Shown here piece by piece: positions 9,831-20,183 of a stretch of 64,000 nt of DNA. The notes under the pieces are model-generated. The model saw only the letters and a program-made list of their open reading frames with translations. It was not told the DNA's origin and ran no database searches. Positions within the stretch are counted from its first letter, which is position 1. Every line of letters starts with the position of its first letter. The position numbers and the translations under genes were made by a program. The stretch comes from an uncultured Actinomycetes bacterium (GTDB lineage Bacteria > Actinomycetota > Thermoleophilia > Gaiellales > JAICJC01), in the NCBI GenBank assembly GCA_963718315.1, contig CAVQZC010000006.1, positions 54,059 to 118,058 of the forward strand, written 5' to 3'.

Positions 9831-10620
9831 CAGGCGGGAGCCTCGCCGGGCTCGTATCGAACGGCCTGGTCGGCCGCTCCGGCCATCGCAAAGCCGGCGG
9901 GCAGCTCCTGCTCTTCCGCGAGGTGGGCAAGCAGGCTGGCGGTGCGGGCGAGCAGCGGGACAGCCTTCACGGTCTGGGGCGGGAAGCCGAGGTCGAGCAT
10001 GACGGCGGCGATCGGCATCGAGACGTTCATGACCAGCGGCCGGCCCCAGACCTCTCGCACGGCCGGCGTGAATGCCCGCGCGAGCGACACGTGCGCGCCG
10101 CTCACGCCCTGGGCGTCGGCGAGCTCCAGGATCCGCTCTGCGCGGGGGTCGACCGGCCGGTGCACGGGATGGCCGAAGCCGGGCGCTCGCGCTCCCCGGG
10201 CGTGGATGGCGGTGGCAAGGTGGTGGGCGACCACGGCCTCCTCGCCACCCGCGGCGACCTGACTGTGCGCCTCGGCGAGCAGCCGGGCGCACTCCTCTGC
10301 GGTGCCGAGGATCACGGGCCCGCAGCCGAGGATGCCGGCGGCCACAGCTCCCTGCAGCGACCCCGGATCGGCGGCCAGCGTCATCCGCGCCGCGACGTTG
10401 GTTGGCATCATCCCGTGCTCGGCGATGGCGACCAGCAGCAGGTCGAGGAAGAATCGCTGCTGCTCGGTCGGCTCCTCGCCGGTCAACAGCAGGTGGAAGT
10501 ACTCGGTGAAGCCGAGCCTGCCCATCAGGTCGCCGGTCAGGTCACGACCGCGCACCTCGACCCGGTCGGGATAGGCCTGGGCGATATGCGTGACGGGGTC
10601 TCCGGGGCGCCGAGGGGCAC
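9830..10620 (-). CDS. Citryl-CoA lyase / citrate synthase-fold protein (probable 1-nt indel near 10595)
   Basis: VEVRGRDL, AEHG, PGFGHPVH and DPRA motifs. GTG at 10620 follows a TAGCCT -10 box but is out of frame across C homopolymers. Confidence 0.8.
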
Positions 10621-10637
10621 GCGCCCAAGGCTACCCG

Positions 10638-11045
10638 CTAGGACAGCAGCTCGGAGGCGTGGTCGCGGAAGACCTCCGCGTAGTCGACCGGGCCGTTGGA
10701 CGTGTCGTGCAGCGCACGCACCAGGTGGTGGATACGCGGGGTCATCACGAGCAGGTACGCCGCGGGCTCGGCCTCGCCGTCGTTCCAGAACGAGTGGGGG
10801 GTGCCCCGCGGGGCGAAGACGGCGGTGCCGGCGGGCGCGTGCACCGTCCGCTCGCCGAGCTGGAAGCCGAGCGCGCCCTCGAGTACGTACCAGGCCTCGT
10901 CGTCGGCGTGGTGGACGTGCAGGCCGGCGATCGGCCGATCGGGACCGGTTGTCCCGCCGGGGTCGCGCCACGAGACGATCACGAACTGCCCGTCGGGCAG
11001 CCCCATCGGGCCGGAGGCGAGCGCGCGGGCCTCCTCGGGCGACAT
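10638..11045 (-). CDS. Cupin domain protein
   Basis: LHVHHADDEAWYVLEG and PRGTPHSFWN motifs; TATGAT 6 nt before the ATG. Confidence 0.85.
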   Translation of the reverse strand: MSPEEARALASGPMGLPDGQFVIVSWRDPGGTTGPDRPIAGLHVHHADDEAWYVLEGALGFQLGERTVHAPAGTAVFAPRGTPHSFWNDGEAEPAAYLLVMTPRIHHLVRALHDTSNGPVDYAEVFRDHASELLS

Positions 11046-11059
11046 CGATCGATCATACC

Positions 11060-11686
11060 CATGGTCGACGTCCGTCACCCAGAGGGGATGGTGGTGCACG
11101 GCCCACTCCCGGTCGACGTCGCCGGTCGGTGATCCCACGCATGGCGTGGCGGGTGGCCGGGTTCAGGACAGCCATGTACAGATGGCCGCTGACCAGGGCG
11201 ATGATCGCCCACTGCGGCAACGTTGTGGAGGCCGCCGAGCGGGTCGATCCGCGTGACCAGGTGATGCACCTGCCCGGCCCACAGGTAGAGGCCGGTCACG
11301 GTCGAGACGGCGAGTAGCAGCGGCATCAGCGTCCCGTTCAGCTTCTGGCCGGCGTTGAACCGGCCGGCCGGCGGCACCGGGCCGCCGACCAGCGAGCGGG
11401 GCGCCGCCTCGAGCCAGGCGACGTCGCTGTCGTCGAACCTCCGGAGCTGCCGCCACAGCCGGCCCAGCTCGGGGCGGTTGCCGAAGGCGACAACCAGGAG
11501 CACCGCTGCCACGAGAGCAAACAGGCTGCCAATGTGGATGACGAACACCTGGTGGTGCCAGATGTTGATGCCAAGGGCGAGCCCGCTCAGGATCATCGGG
11601 ATCACCGTGGCGGCGATCACCCAGTGCAGCGCCCGCTCGGAGCGGCTGAACCGCTGAAGCCGGGCGGGGAGAGCGCTCGCCTGCAT
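11060..11686 (-). CDS. Cytochrome b/b6-domain membrane protein (formate dehydrogenase gamma-like); frameshifted 3' part, end uncertain
   Basis: RFSRSERALHW and GRFNAGQK in the main frame; HLYMAVLNP and WAVHHHPLW appear in shifted frames. Confidence 0.75.
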
Positions 11687-11709
11687 CGGGGGACGCTATG
11701 GGTGCAACG

Positions 11710-11726
11710 CTGAGAACTGCCTGAGA
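11710..11726 (-). promoter_or_regulatory. OmpR-family binding box TCTCAG-N5-TCTCAG (MprA-box type)
   Basis: Perfect hexamer direct repeat at 11-bp period, 11 nt upstream of a TAGCGT -10 box (11693-11698). Confidence 0.7.
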
Positions 11727-11736
11727 GCCGAAGCTT

Positions 11737-13213
11737 CTAGTCGGTCCGGTGAGCGCTGCTGGCGGGAGCGGGCAGCTCCGCGGTCGGTTCGGCTGGCGTG
11801 GTGCCGGCCAACGCCAGCGGGAGCAGCAGCCTGAACGTCGAGCCATTGCCGACCTCGGTGTCGAGCTCGACGCGGCCGCCGTGCGCCTCGACGATCGAGG
11901 AGACGATCGACAGCCCCAGCCCGGAGCCGCCGCTGGCCCGCGTCCGCGACGGGTCGGCACGAACGAAGCGCTCGAAGACGCGGCCTGCGATCTCAGGGTC
12001 GATTCCGGGGCCGTGGTCGGTGACCTCGACAACGCCGAGTCGAGTCGCGCGTGCTCAGCCGCACCTCGAGCGGTGTCCCCGGCGGGGTGTGCGCACGGCA
12101 GTTGACGAGCAGGTTGCCGATGGCCTGGTGCAGCCTCATGTCGTCGCCTGTGACAACGAGCGGCACGTCGCTGTCCTGGAACTCCAGCGGCCACTCGGGA
12201 TGCAGGCGATGGGCGTCGGTGACCAGGTCGCCGACGACCTTGTGCAGATCGACCGGCTCGCGCTCGAGCGGGCGACCCTGGTCGAGGCGGGCCAGCAGCA
12301 GGAGGTCGTCCACCAGGACGCCCATCCGCTCGGCCTCTTGCTCGATCCGGCGCATGGCGAGGGCCAGGTCGTCGGGCCGCTGGTCGGCTCCGTGCCGGAA
12401 CAGCTCGGCATAGCCGCGGACCGACGTCAGCGGCGTGCGCAGCTCGTGCCCCGCGTCTGCCACGAAGCGGCGCAGGCGGTTCTCCGATGCCTCACGCTCA
12501 CGGAACGCCTGCTCGATCTGGGCGAGCATAGCGTTGAGCGCTTCGCTCAGCCGGCCGACCTCCGTGCCGGGGTTGCCCCCGGGGATGCGCTGCGAAAGGT
12601 CGCCGGCGGCGATGGCGCCGGCCGTCTGCTCGATCTGCCGCAGGGGGCGCATGCTCACCCGGACGAGTGCCCAGGCCAGGCAGCCGACCGCGCCGACCAC
12701 GACCAGGCTGACGAGCAGCAGGACGGTGCCCAGGCGGTCGAGGGTGCTGTTGACGCTCGAGAGCGGGACCGCGATCACGACCTTGCTTCCGGCCGGAAGG
12801 ACCTGCCCTTGACCGGGTCCGGGGGTCACGAACTGCGGGGTCGAGAGCTGCTGCACCCAGATGCGGTACCCGTCGTGGCTTGACCAGCCGGTGGGCGCGT
12901 CGTCGACGAAGCTGGGAAGTTTGTGTCCCCCGCCCACGCCATCGGCCGCCACCGCATGGTCATCGCCGGTGACCAGAGCGATGTAGGAGTTGGCCGGGAG
13001 CGCGCTATACACCGCGTTCTCTGACGGCCCATCCTGGTCCTGTGCCAGGTAGTGCCAGACAGGTCCGCTCGACTTGCTCACCTGCGAGTCCAGCCGGTCG
13101 ACGAGGTACGAGTTCAGGAAGTAGCGGGTCGCAAGCCCGGTCGCGATCAGGCCGACCGCCACCAGCACGACGCTGATCGCCGTCAGCCGGAAGCGAAGCG
13201 AGTGGATGTTCAT
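11737..13213 (-). CDS. HAMP-domain sensor histidine kinase (frameshift near 12035)
   Basis: Two TM segments, HAMP, HELRTPL and an N box. DHGPG and GGSGLGL continue in a shifted frame to TAG at 11737. Confidence 0.85.
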
Positions 13214-13930
13214 TCGCGAGGCAGGCGGATCGCGTAGCCGAATCCGCGCACGGTCTGGATCAGGGGCGGTCTCGGCCCCGCTGTCGATCTTCTTGCGCAG
13301 GTAGCTGATGTAGGTCTCGACCACGCTCGAGTCGCCGCCGAAGTCGTAGCGCCAGACGTGGTCGAGGATCTGGGCCTTGCTGAGCACGCGCCCCGCGTTG
13401 ACCAGCAGGTAGCGGAGCAGGTTGTACTCGGTTGGGGTGAGGTCGATCGGCTGGCCGCCGCGGCGCACCTCGTGCGCGTCCTCGTCCATCTCCAGGTCGG
13501 CGTAGCGCAGCGACGCGCCATCCTGCTCGCCAACGGTGCGGCGCAGGATCGCGCGCACGCGCGCGACCAACTCTTCAAGAGAGAACGGCTTGCCGACGTA
13601 GTCGTCGGCTCCCAGGGTGAGGCCGTGGACGCGATCCTCCGGCCGATCGCGGGCGGTCAGGAACAGCACCGGCGTGCGCGATCCGTCCTCGGCCATCCGC
13701 CGGTACACCTCGAAGCCGTCGAGATCCGGCAGCATCACGTCGAGCACGACGATGTCGGGGCGGAACGAATGGGCGCTCTTGACCGCCTCGCGGCCGTCGG
13801 CTGCGCACTCCACCTCGAACCCTTCGTAGCGCAGCACCGTCGAGACAAGCTGGCGGATGCTCTCCTCGTCGTCGACGACCAACACCCGTCGCCGTTCGTC
13901 CTCGCTTGCTCTCTGTGCGGTTGCGTTCAT
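13210..13930 (-). CDS. OmpR/PhoP-family response regulator (frameshift near 13275)
   Basis: VLVVDDE, LDVMLP, KPFS and a wHTH domain. LIQTVRGFGY lies in a shifted frame ending at 13210. Confidence 0.88.
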
Positions 13931-13958
13931 GCGTCTCCCGGGTCGCCGTTCTTCGTGG

Positions 13959-14002
13959 AGTCTAGGAACCCTGGCTGGGAGAAACCTGTGAACGCCCTGG
14001 GC
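13959..14002 (-). promoter_or_regulatory. Probable autoregulated promoter: three hexamers at 11-bp period plus TAGACT -10
   Basis: Minus strand GCCCAG-N5-TCACAG-N5-TCCCAG (13975-14002), 10 nt upstream of TAGACT (13959-13964). Confidence 0.6.
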
Positions 14003-14028
14003 GTTACTCTTGGAGTTCGGTTGGAGCC

Positions 14029-14526
14029 TTACTCCTGGGCCATGTCGGGCGGCGACTCGCCTTCCCAGTAGTCGACGGCGTCGGTCAGCCGGTGGAACTC
14101 GCGGAATCCACCCCCATCGGGACGCCGCTCGGCCGTTCCGATCTTGCCCGAGTCGGGGTATACGGTGATGTCCGGCGTGCCGGAGGTGGACACGGTCAGG
14201 AACCGCAGGGGCAGATCGCCGGTGTTGACGATCTGGTGGGCGCCTGACTCGCCGGTCTGGAAGCCGACCGTGTCGCCGCGCCCGATCCGGTGCCAGCCGT
14301 GCGGCGTCCGCATCTTCCCCTCGCCCTCCAGCACGACCAGGATCTCCTCGTCGCCCAGGTGGTAGTGGTACGGGTAGGCCGTCTCGCCCGGGTCGACCAG
14401 CCAGACGCTCATGCCCAGCCGCTCGGATCCGAGCCGGCGCGCGAGGTAGACGCGGCGCGCGCCGAAGCCGGGGTGCGGTGACCGCCCGGCGACCTCGTCG
14501 AACTCATCGTCGTAGACGTTTGCCAT
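14029..14526 (-). CDS. Cupin domain protein
   Basis: AYPYHYHLGDEE, GAHQIVN and YPDSGK motifs; ATG overlaps the upstream stop. Confidence 0.85.
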   Translation of the reverse strand: MANVYDDEFDEVAGRSPHPGFGARRVYLARRLGSERLGMSVWLVDPGETAYPYHYHLGDEEILVVLEGEGKMRTPHGWHRIGRGDTVGFQTGESGAHQIVNTGDLPLRFLTVSTSGTPDITVYPDSGKIGTAERRPDGGGFREFHRLTDAVDYWEGESPPDMAQE

Positions 14527-15884
14527 CAGACCCGCACTCCGACCAGCTCGTCGACCGCCTGGTTGAACACCTCGGTGTGGCGAGTGACGTCCTCGGCGGT
14601 GGTCGCCGGGCACATCAGCGCCATGTTGTGGAAGGGCGTCAGCAGGATGCCGCGGTTGAGCGCGTAGAGGTGCATGAACACGTCGAGGTCGTGGTCGGTG
14701 CCGGCCTCGGCCTCGCCGCCGTTGCGGGGCAGCGGCTGGAACCGGTACTCGGCCCGGCAGCCCAGCCGGGTGACGTGCCACGGCAGATCCGTGCGGTCGA
14801 TCGCGTCCTGGACGCCCTGGTTGAAGTCGACGGCGTGCCCGATCATCCGCTCGAACGCCTCGTCGGTGAGCACGTGCTCGAGCGTTCCGCGCATCGCGGC
14901 CAGCGACAGCGCGTTGCCGGCCAGCGTTCCGCCGATCCCGCCGACGTCCACCGGCTTCGGCAGCTTGGCGTCCATCTGCGACGCGATCTCGGCCGTGAAC
15001 CCGTAGGCGGCGGCGGGGACGCCGCCGGCCAGCAGCTTGCCGCAGGTGAGGAAGTCGGGATCGAGGTCGTGCGCGCGGGTGAAGCCGCCGGGCCCCGTGC
15101 AGATGGTGTGGGTCTCGTCGATGACCAGGAACGTCCCGTACTTGCGCGTCAGCTCGCGGACGCCGTCGTGGTAGCCGGGGTCGGGCAGGACGATGCCGAT
15201 GTTGGTCAGCGCGGGCTCGAACAGGCAGCAGGCGACATCACCGTTGGCCAGCTCGCGCTCGAGGCCCTCGAGGTCGTTGAACTCGACGACGCGGCTGGTC
15301 AGGGTGGGGTCGACCGGGGGGCCGATGTTGTTGGTGCGGGTGACGACCTTGCCGTTCTCGAGGATGGCGAAGGTCTCGTCGACCGAGCCGTGGTAGCACC
15401 AGTTGTGGACCATCACCTTCGGCCGCTTTGTCAGGTGCCGGGCGAGGCGGATCGTGAAGCGGTTGGCATCGGTGGCCGAGAGGGCGAACTGCCAGAACGG
15501 CAAACCGAACCGCCGGGTCATCTCCTCGCCGACCCAGATCGAGTCCTCGCCGGGGAGCATGACCGTGATCCCGCGGGCGATCTGGCGGTTCACCGCCTCG
15601 ACGGTCGCCGGCGGCGAGTGGCCGGTCATGGCGCCGGTGTCGCCGAGGCAGAGATCGACGTACTCGTTGCCGTCGACGTCGGTGAAGCGGGCGCCCTCGG
15701 CGTGGTCGACGAACACCGGGAACCGTCCCACCCACTCCGTCATCCAGTGCATCGGCACCCCGTCCAGCATCGAGTGCCGGGCTCGCTCGTGAAGCTCCCG
15801 CGAGTTCGGGTGTAGCTCCTCGAAGGTGGCTTCCTCACGGCGGATCAGTCCGGTGAGGTGGTCGCGGTCGACGGTTGCCGGCAT
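14526..15884 (-). CDS. Class III PLP aminotransferase (GSA-aminomutase-like)
   Basis: DVDGNEYVD, YHG, DETHT and GKLLAGG (PLP Lys) motifs; SD aaggag. Confidence 0.88.
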   Translation of the reverse strand: MPATVDRDHLTGLIRREEATFEELHPNSRELHERARHSMLDGVPMHWMTEWVGRFPVFVDHAEGARFTDVDGNEYVDLCLGDTGAMTGHSPPATVEAVNRQIARGITVMLPGEDSIWVGEEMTRRFGLPFWQFALSATDANRFTIRLARHLTKRPKVMVHNWCYHGSVDETFAILENGKVVTRTNNIGPPVDPTLTSRVVEFNDLEGLERELANGDVACCLFEPALTNIGIVLPDPGYHDGVRELTRKYGTFLVIDETHTICTGPGGFTRAHDLDPDFLTCGKLLAGGVPAAAYGFTAEIASQMDAKLPKPVDVGGIGGTLAGNALSLAAMRGTLEHVLTDEAFERMIGHAVDFNQGVQDAIDRTDLPWHVTRLGCRAEYRFQPLPRNGGEAEAGTDHDLDVFMHLYALNRGILLTPFHNMALMCPATTAEDVTRHTEVFNQAVDELVGVRV

Positions 15885-16052
15885 CCCTTGCTCCTTGTCG
15901 CTCGACATCGAAGGTTCTGTGGCCCCGGCAGCTACTCTAAGCAACAGCGAGAACCGCCGTCTGGGCAGCCGGCGGGACTCGTCACGGTGGCCGGGGCCAC
16001 CCCGTCGCTGTGATACCGTTTTTTGGCTGCTCACCGAGAGGAGTGTTTTTCC

Positions 16053-16214
16053 GTGGCTACAGGTGTCCGGGTGCTGGTGACCCTCGCCTGCGGCGATTGC
16101 AAACGCCGCAACTACCAGACAAACAAGTCCAAGAGGAACTCGCCGGACCGGATCGAGTTCAAGAAGTACTGCCGCTGGTGCGGGCATCACACGCTGCACC
16201 GGGAGACGCGCTGA
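16053..16214 (+). CDS. rpmG: 50S ribosomal protein L33 (zinc-ribbon form)
   Basis: [12 protein letters not shown]...KKYCRWC; GTG start after SD aggag. Confidence 0.95.
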   Translation: MATGVRVLVTLACGDCKRRNYQTNKSKRNSPDRIEFKKYCRWCGHHTLHRETR

Positions 16215-16221
16215 CCTCGTA

Positions 16222-16530
16222 ATGGCCCGGCGCAACCGACAGCCGACTCAGCGCCAGCGCCAGAACGCCGGACCGTTCGTCGGCGGCAAGGCGAAGAGCC
16301 AGTCCGGCGGCGACCCTGTCGAGCGGCACGGCGGCCGGCTGCGCCGCCTCACCGGTTTCGTCGGCGAGGTGCGCGGCGAGCTGGCCAAGACGGACTTTCC
16401 CAACCGGCAGCAGACCGCACAGTCCACGATGGTGGTGCTTGCCGCATGCCTGCTCGTGGGCTTCTACCTCTATGGCCTCGATCAGGTGTTCTCCAGGTTC
16501 GTAGAGCACCTACTCAACTGGCAGAGCTGA
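16222..16530 (+). CDS. secE: Preprotein translocase subunit SecE
   Basis: EVRGELAKTDFP motif plus one TM segment; located between rpmG and nusG. Confidence 0.93.
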   Translation: MARRNRQPTQRQRQNAGPFVGGKAKSQSGGDPVERHGGRLRRLTGFVGEVRGELAKTDFPNRQQTAQSTMVVLAACLLVGFYLYGLDQVFSRFVEHLLNWQS

Positions 16531-16551
16531 TCCCCCGGAAGACGAGGACGC

Positions 16552-17076
16552 ATGTTTCGCTGGTACGTGATCAATACCTATTCGGGCCATGAGAACAAGG
16601 TCAAGGCCAACCTGGAGCACCGCATCAAGTCGATGAACCAGGAGCTGACCGTGCGCCGCGTGGTCGTCCCCACCGAGTCGGTCGTCGAGACCAAGGACGG
16701 CCAGAAGGTGCAGACGGAGCGGCGGCTGTGGCCCGGCTACGTGCTGGTCAACATGGACCTCACCGACGAGGCCTGGACGCTGGTCAAGAACACGCCCGGT
16801 GTGACCGGGTTCGTGGGCGCCCAGAACAAGCCGGTGCCGCTCAGCCAGCCCGAGGTCGACCGTATGCTGCACACCGCCCAGGCTGCCCCGGCGCCGAAGC
16901 AGAAGGCCGAGTTCTCGCTGGGCGAGAGCGTCAAGGTGATCTCCGGCCCGCTGTCGGACTTCGACGGCGAGATAGCCGAGATCAACGAGGACCAGGGCAA
17001 GCTGAAGGTGCTCGTGTCGATCTTCGAGCGCCAGGTGCCGGTCGAGCTCGAGTTCGACAAGGTCAAGAAGATCTAA
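16552..17076 (+). CDS. nusG: Transcription factor NusG
   Basis: [21 protein letters not shown] and KOW motifs. Confidence 0.97.
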   Translation: MFRWYVINTYSGHENKVKANLEHRIKSMNQELTVRRVVVPTESVVETKDGQKVQTERRLWPGYVLVNMDLTDEAWTLVKNTPGVTGFVGAQNKPVPLSQPEVDRMLHTAQAAPAPKQKAEFSLGESVKVISGPLSDFDGEIAEINEDQGKLKVLVSIFERQVPVELEFDKVKKI

Positions 17077-17105
17077 GCCACAGACCAACTTCATACCCAA
17101 CCGTC

Positions 17106-17132
17106 GTGGGAGCCGCGAGGCGCTTGCACCAC
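17106..17132 (+). promoter_or_regulatory. Putative L1-binding autoregulatory leader of rplK-rplA
   Basis: GTGGGAG-hairpin(gcc gcga ggc)-ACCAC immediately before the rplK SD. Confidence 0.65.
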
Positions 17133-17144
17133 AGGAGGTAGCCG

Positions 17145-17570
17145 ATGGCCAAGAAGGTCATCAAGATCATCAAGCTTCAGATCCCGGCCGGGCAGGCAAA
17201 CCCGGCCCCGCCGGTGGGCCCTGCCCTCGGCCAGCACGGGGTCAACATCATGGACTTCTGCAAGGCGTTCAACGCCCAGACGCAGGGGCCCAACTCCGGC
17301 CAGATCACGCCGGTCGAGATCAGCGTCTACGAGGATCGCTCGTTCACGTTCATCACCAAGACGCCGCCCGCGGCCGTGCTGATCAAGGAGGCGCTGAACC
17401 TGAAGTCCGGCTCGGGCGAGCCCAACCGCACGAAGGTGGGGTCGCTGAGCCAGGCCCAGCTACGCTCGATCGCCGAGCGCAAGCTTCCCGACCTCAACGC
17501 CAACGACGTCGAGGCCGCAATGAACATCGTCGCCGGCACCGCCCGGTCGATGGGCGTGGAGGTTCGCTGA
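17145..17570 (+). CDS. rplK: 50S ribosomal protein L11
   Basis: [15 protein letters not shown] motif. Confidence 0.98.
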   Translation: MAKKVIKIIKLQIPAGQANPAPPVGPALGQHGVNIMDFCKAFNAQTQGPNSGQITPVEISVYEDRSFTFITKTPPAAVLIKEALNLKSGSGEPNRTKVGSLSQAQLRSIAERKLPDLNANDVEAAMNIVAGTARSMGVEVR

Positions 17571-18289
17571 TGGCCGGCAAGCGCTATACCGCGGCGCGGT
17601 CGAGCGTCGACCGCGAGAAGGCCTACCCGCCGCGCGACGCGGTGCGGCTGCTGAAGAGCCTCGATACCGCCAAGTTCGACGAGACGGTCGAGGTCCACTT
17701 CCGGCTGGGCGTCAACGTGCGCCACGCCGACCAGCAGCTGCGCGGCACGCTGTTCCTGCCCCACGGGCTTGGCAAGACGGTCACCGTCGCCGTGTTCGCC
17801 CAGGGGGAGAAGGCCAAGGAGGCCGAGGACGCGGGCGCCGACTTCGTCGGCGGCGAGGATCTGGCCACCCGCATCAACGAGGGCTGGACCGACTTCGACG
17901 TCGCGATCGCGACGCCCGACATGATGGGCACCGTCGGCAAGCTGGGCCGGATCCTCGGCCCGCAGGGCAAGATGCCGAGCCCGAAGGCGGGCACGATCAC
18001 CTTCGACATCGAGAAGGCCGTCGGCGATGTCAAATCGGGCAAGATCGAGTACCGCACCGACCGCACCGGCATCGTCCATGTCGCGATCGGCAAGAAGTCG
18101 TTCGAGGAGACGGCTCTGGTCGAGAACTACCAGGCCGTGCTGGAGGAGATCCTGCGCGCCAAGCCGGCCGCGGCGAAGGGGCGCTACCTGCGCTCGATCA
18201 CCATCGCCTCGACGATGGGCCCCGGCCTCAAGCTCGACACGACCCGGACGCGTGATCTGCTCGAGGAGGCGGCGCCCGCCGTCGCCTGA
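17570..18289 (+). CDS. rplA: 50S ribosomal protein L1
   Basis: AKFDETVE and [14 protein letters not shown] motifs. Confidence 0.98.
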   Translation: MAGKRYTAARSSVDREKAYPPRDAVRLLKSLDTAKFDETVEVHFRLGVNVRHADQQLRGTLFLPHGLGKTVTVAVFAQGEKAKEAEDAGADFVGGEDLATRINEGWTDFDVAIATPDMMGTVGKLGRILGPQGKMPSPKAGTITFDIEKAVGDVKSGKIEYRTDRTGIVHVAIGKKSFEETALVENYQAVLEEILRAKPAAAKGRYLRSITIASTMGPGLKLDTTRTRDLLEEAAPAVA

Positions 18290-18325
18290 ACGGCTAGCAT
18301 CACGCGCAACAAACCCGCGCGTCCG

Positions 18326-18460
18326 CGCCAGAGACCGTCGGGGCCCCACGGGGCTCAAACCACCACCCGACGTAGGACGGAACCGCCGGCCGGGTCCCTA
18401 CCCGTCCGCGTCCGCCCAGCTACCTGTAGCGCGTGGCGGATGCGAGGGAGGGAAGGAGGT
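18326..18460 (+). ncRNA. Ribosomal protein L10 leader
   Basis: AGACCGTCGG...CCGACGTAGG core in the rplA-rplJ spacer. Confidence 0.7.
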
Positions 18461-18466
18461 GACCCG

Positions 18467-19000
18467 GTGAACAGAGACGAGAAACAGGCCGTGATCGATC
18501 GCCTGACCGACCGCATTCGCGAGTCGGACGTGATGATCGTGGCCGACTATCGCGGGCTCTCGGTCGGGCAGACCGCCGAGGTCCGCAACCGGCTGCGCGA
18601 GTCGGGGGCGAGCTTCCATGTGGCGAAGAACACGCTTGCCCGGCGCGCCGCCGAGGCGGCCGACAAGCCGCACCTGCTGGAGTTCCTGCAGGGCCCGTCC
18701 GCGATCGCGTTCGTGGACGGAGACGCCGCGGCGGCCGCCAAGGCGCTGTCCGAGGTGGCCCGATCGACGCGTATCCTGGCCGTCCGCGGCGCCGTCATGG
18801 ACGGCGACGTGCTGACGGCCGACCAGGTTCGCCAGCTCGGCGACCTGCCGCCTCGCGAGGTGCTGCTGAGCCAGATCGTCGGCGCCGTGGCGGGCCCGAT
18901 GCAGGGCACCGTGGGCGTGCTGACCGCCCCGCTCCGCGACATCGTCGCGGTGCTCGACGCCTATATCGCACAACGACAGGCTGCCGAAGCGGCCGCCTAG
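18467..19000 (+). CDS. rplJ: 50S ribosomal protein L10
   Basis: DYRGLSV and VAKNTL motifs; GTG after SD aaggaggt. Confidence 0.97.
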   Translation: MNRDEKQAVIDRLTDRIRESDVMIVADYRGLSVGQTAEVRNRLRESGASFHVAKNTLARRAAEAADKPHLLEFLQGPSAIAFVDGDAAAAAKALSEVARSTRILAVRGAVMDGDVLTADQVRQLGDLPPREVLLSQIVGAVAGPMQGTVGVLTAPLRDIVAVLDAYIAQRQAAEAAA

Positions 19001-19036
19001 TTCGTCAAATCCAACATCCGTGGAGGTACCCGACAG

Positions 19037-19420
19037 ATGCCTGTCGCGAATATCGTTGAAGAACTGAACAAGCTCTCCGTCCTCGAGCTGGTCGAGCTCA
19101 AGAAGACGCTCGAGGAGGAGTGGGGCGTGACCGCCGCGGCGGCCGCTCCGGTGATGGTCGCGGCCCCCGGTGGGGGCGGCGGTGCTGACGGTGGCGGCGA
19201 GGAGGAGCAGACGAGCTTCGACGTCGTCCTCACCGCGTCCGGCGACAAGAAGATCCAGGTCATCAAGGTGATCCGTGAGCTGACCGGCCTCGGCCTGAAG
19301 GAGGCCAAGGCGGTTGCCGACGAGGCGCCTGCCCCCGTCAAGGAGGGCGTCGCCAAGGAGGAGGCCGAGCAGATGAAGGCCAAGCTCGAGGAGGCCGGTG
19401 GCTCGGTCGAGCTCAAGTAA
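19037..19420 (+). CDS. rplL: 50S ribosomal protein L7/L12
   Basis: [20 protein letters not shown] motif. Confidence 0.98.
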   Translation: MPVANIVEELNKLSVLELVELKKTLEEEWGVTAAAAAPVMVAAPGGGGGADGGGEEEQTSFDVVLTASGDKKIQVIKVIRELTGLGLKEAKAVADEAPAPVKEGVAKEEAEQMKAKLEEAGGSVELK

Positions 19421-19432
19421 CTCGGGCACGCG

Positions 19433-19466
19433 GGAAGGGCTCCGGGCATCGGCCCGGGGCTCTTCC
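19433..19466 (+). terminator. Hairpin after rplL
   Basis: ggaagggctccgggc-atcg-gcccggggctcttcc stem-loop with no U-tract. Confidence 0.6.
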
Positions 19467-19517
19467 AGGCCCGCGGTTGTCGACGTGCCTGACGGCGCCG
19501 GCGGATACACTATGTCT

Positions 19518-20183
19518 GTGGAAAAAGCCTCCTGCATCCTCCCCTACACGGCGCTCCGGGCCAAGGCCGACAGCGCCTCCGAGCAGAACACCCAGGCGTT
19601 GTTCGCCGACCCCATCGACGTGATGGATCGCGGCAACGGCTGGGCGCACGTCGTGCTTGCCGACGGCTACGAGGGATTTCTCACCGCCGAGGCGCTGGGC
19701 GATCCGCTGCCCAAGGACCGGGCCCACGTCGTGGTCGTCCCCCAGGCGGCTGACCGCTACATGGGTACATGGCTGCCGGTGCCGGGCCTGCGCACCGAGC
19801 CGCTGGCCGCCGCCCGCCGCAAGGCGTCTGGCGAGGCGGTCGCCGAGGCTGCGCTGATGTTCGTGGGCGCGCCGTACGAGTGGGGCGGAGTGACGGTCGA
19901 GGGCCTCGACTGCTCCGGCCTCGTCCAGGCCATCCACCGCCGCTTCGGCCTGCTGCTGCCCCGCAATGCGGACCAGCAGGAGAAGGAGGGCGCCGAGGTT
20001 CCCTACGCCCAGGCTCGCCCGGGCGACCTGCTCTGCTACGGCGACCACATCGCCGTCTACGTCGGCGACGACGAGATCTGCCACGCCACCGAGACCCACG
20101 GCAAGGTCGTGCGTGAGCAGCATCCGGACGACCTGCGGAAGCGCCTCCGCACGGTACGCCGGATCTACGACGGCGAAGAGTGA
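19518..20183 (+). CDS. SH3-like + NlpC/P60 (C40) peptidase, YkfC-like
   Basis: PYEWGG, LDCSG and DHIAVY motifs; no signal peptide; TACACT 6 nt before the GTG (ATG 19512 is an alternative start). Confidence 0.85.
   Translation: MEKASCILPYTALRAKADSASEQNTQALFADPIDVMDRGNGWAHVVLADGYEGFLTAEALGDPLPKDRAHVVVVPQAADRYMGTWLPVPGLRTEPLAAARRKASGEAVAEAALMFVGAPYEWGGVTVEGLDCSGLVQAIHRRFGLLLPRNADQQEKEGAEVPYAQARPGDLLCYGDHIAVYVGDDEICHATETHGKVVREQHPDDLRKRLRTVRRIYDGEE

Noticed and set aside
10638-11138. Cytochrome b C-terminus in frame with the cupin (apparent fusion)
   Set aside because: The region has several indels, and the cupin has its own TATGAT -10 box 6 nt before its ATG.
11993-13930. 645-aa response regulator-histidine kinase fusion in the ORF track
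   Set aside because: The regulator's conserved C-terminus (LIQTVRGFGY) lies in another frame and ends in an ATGA overlap with the kinase start. An indel near 13275 best explains the fusion.
16214-16222. tRNA-Trp often found before secE
   Set aside because: Only 7 nt separate rpmG and secE; I recognised no tRNA or rRNA anywhere in the window.
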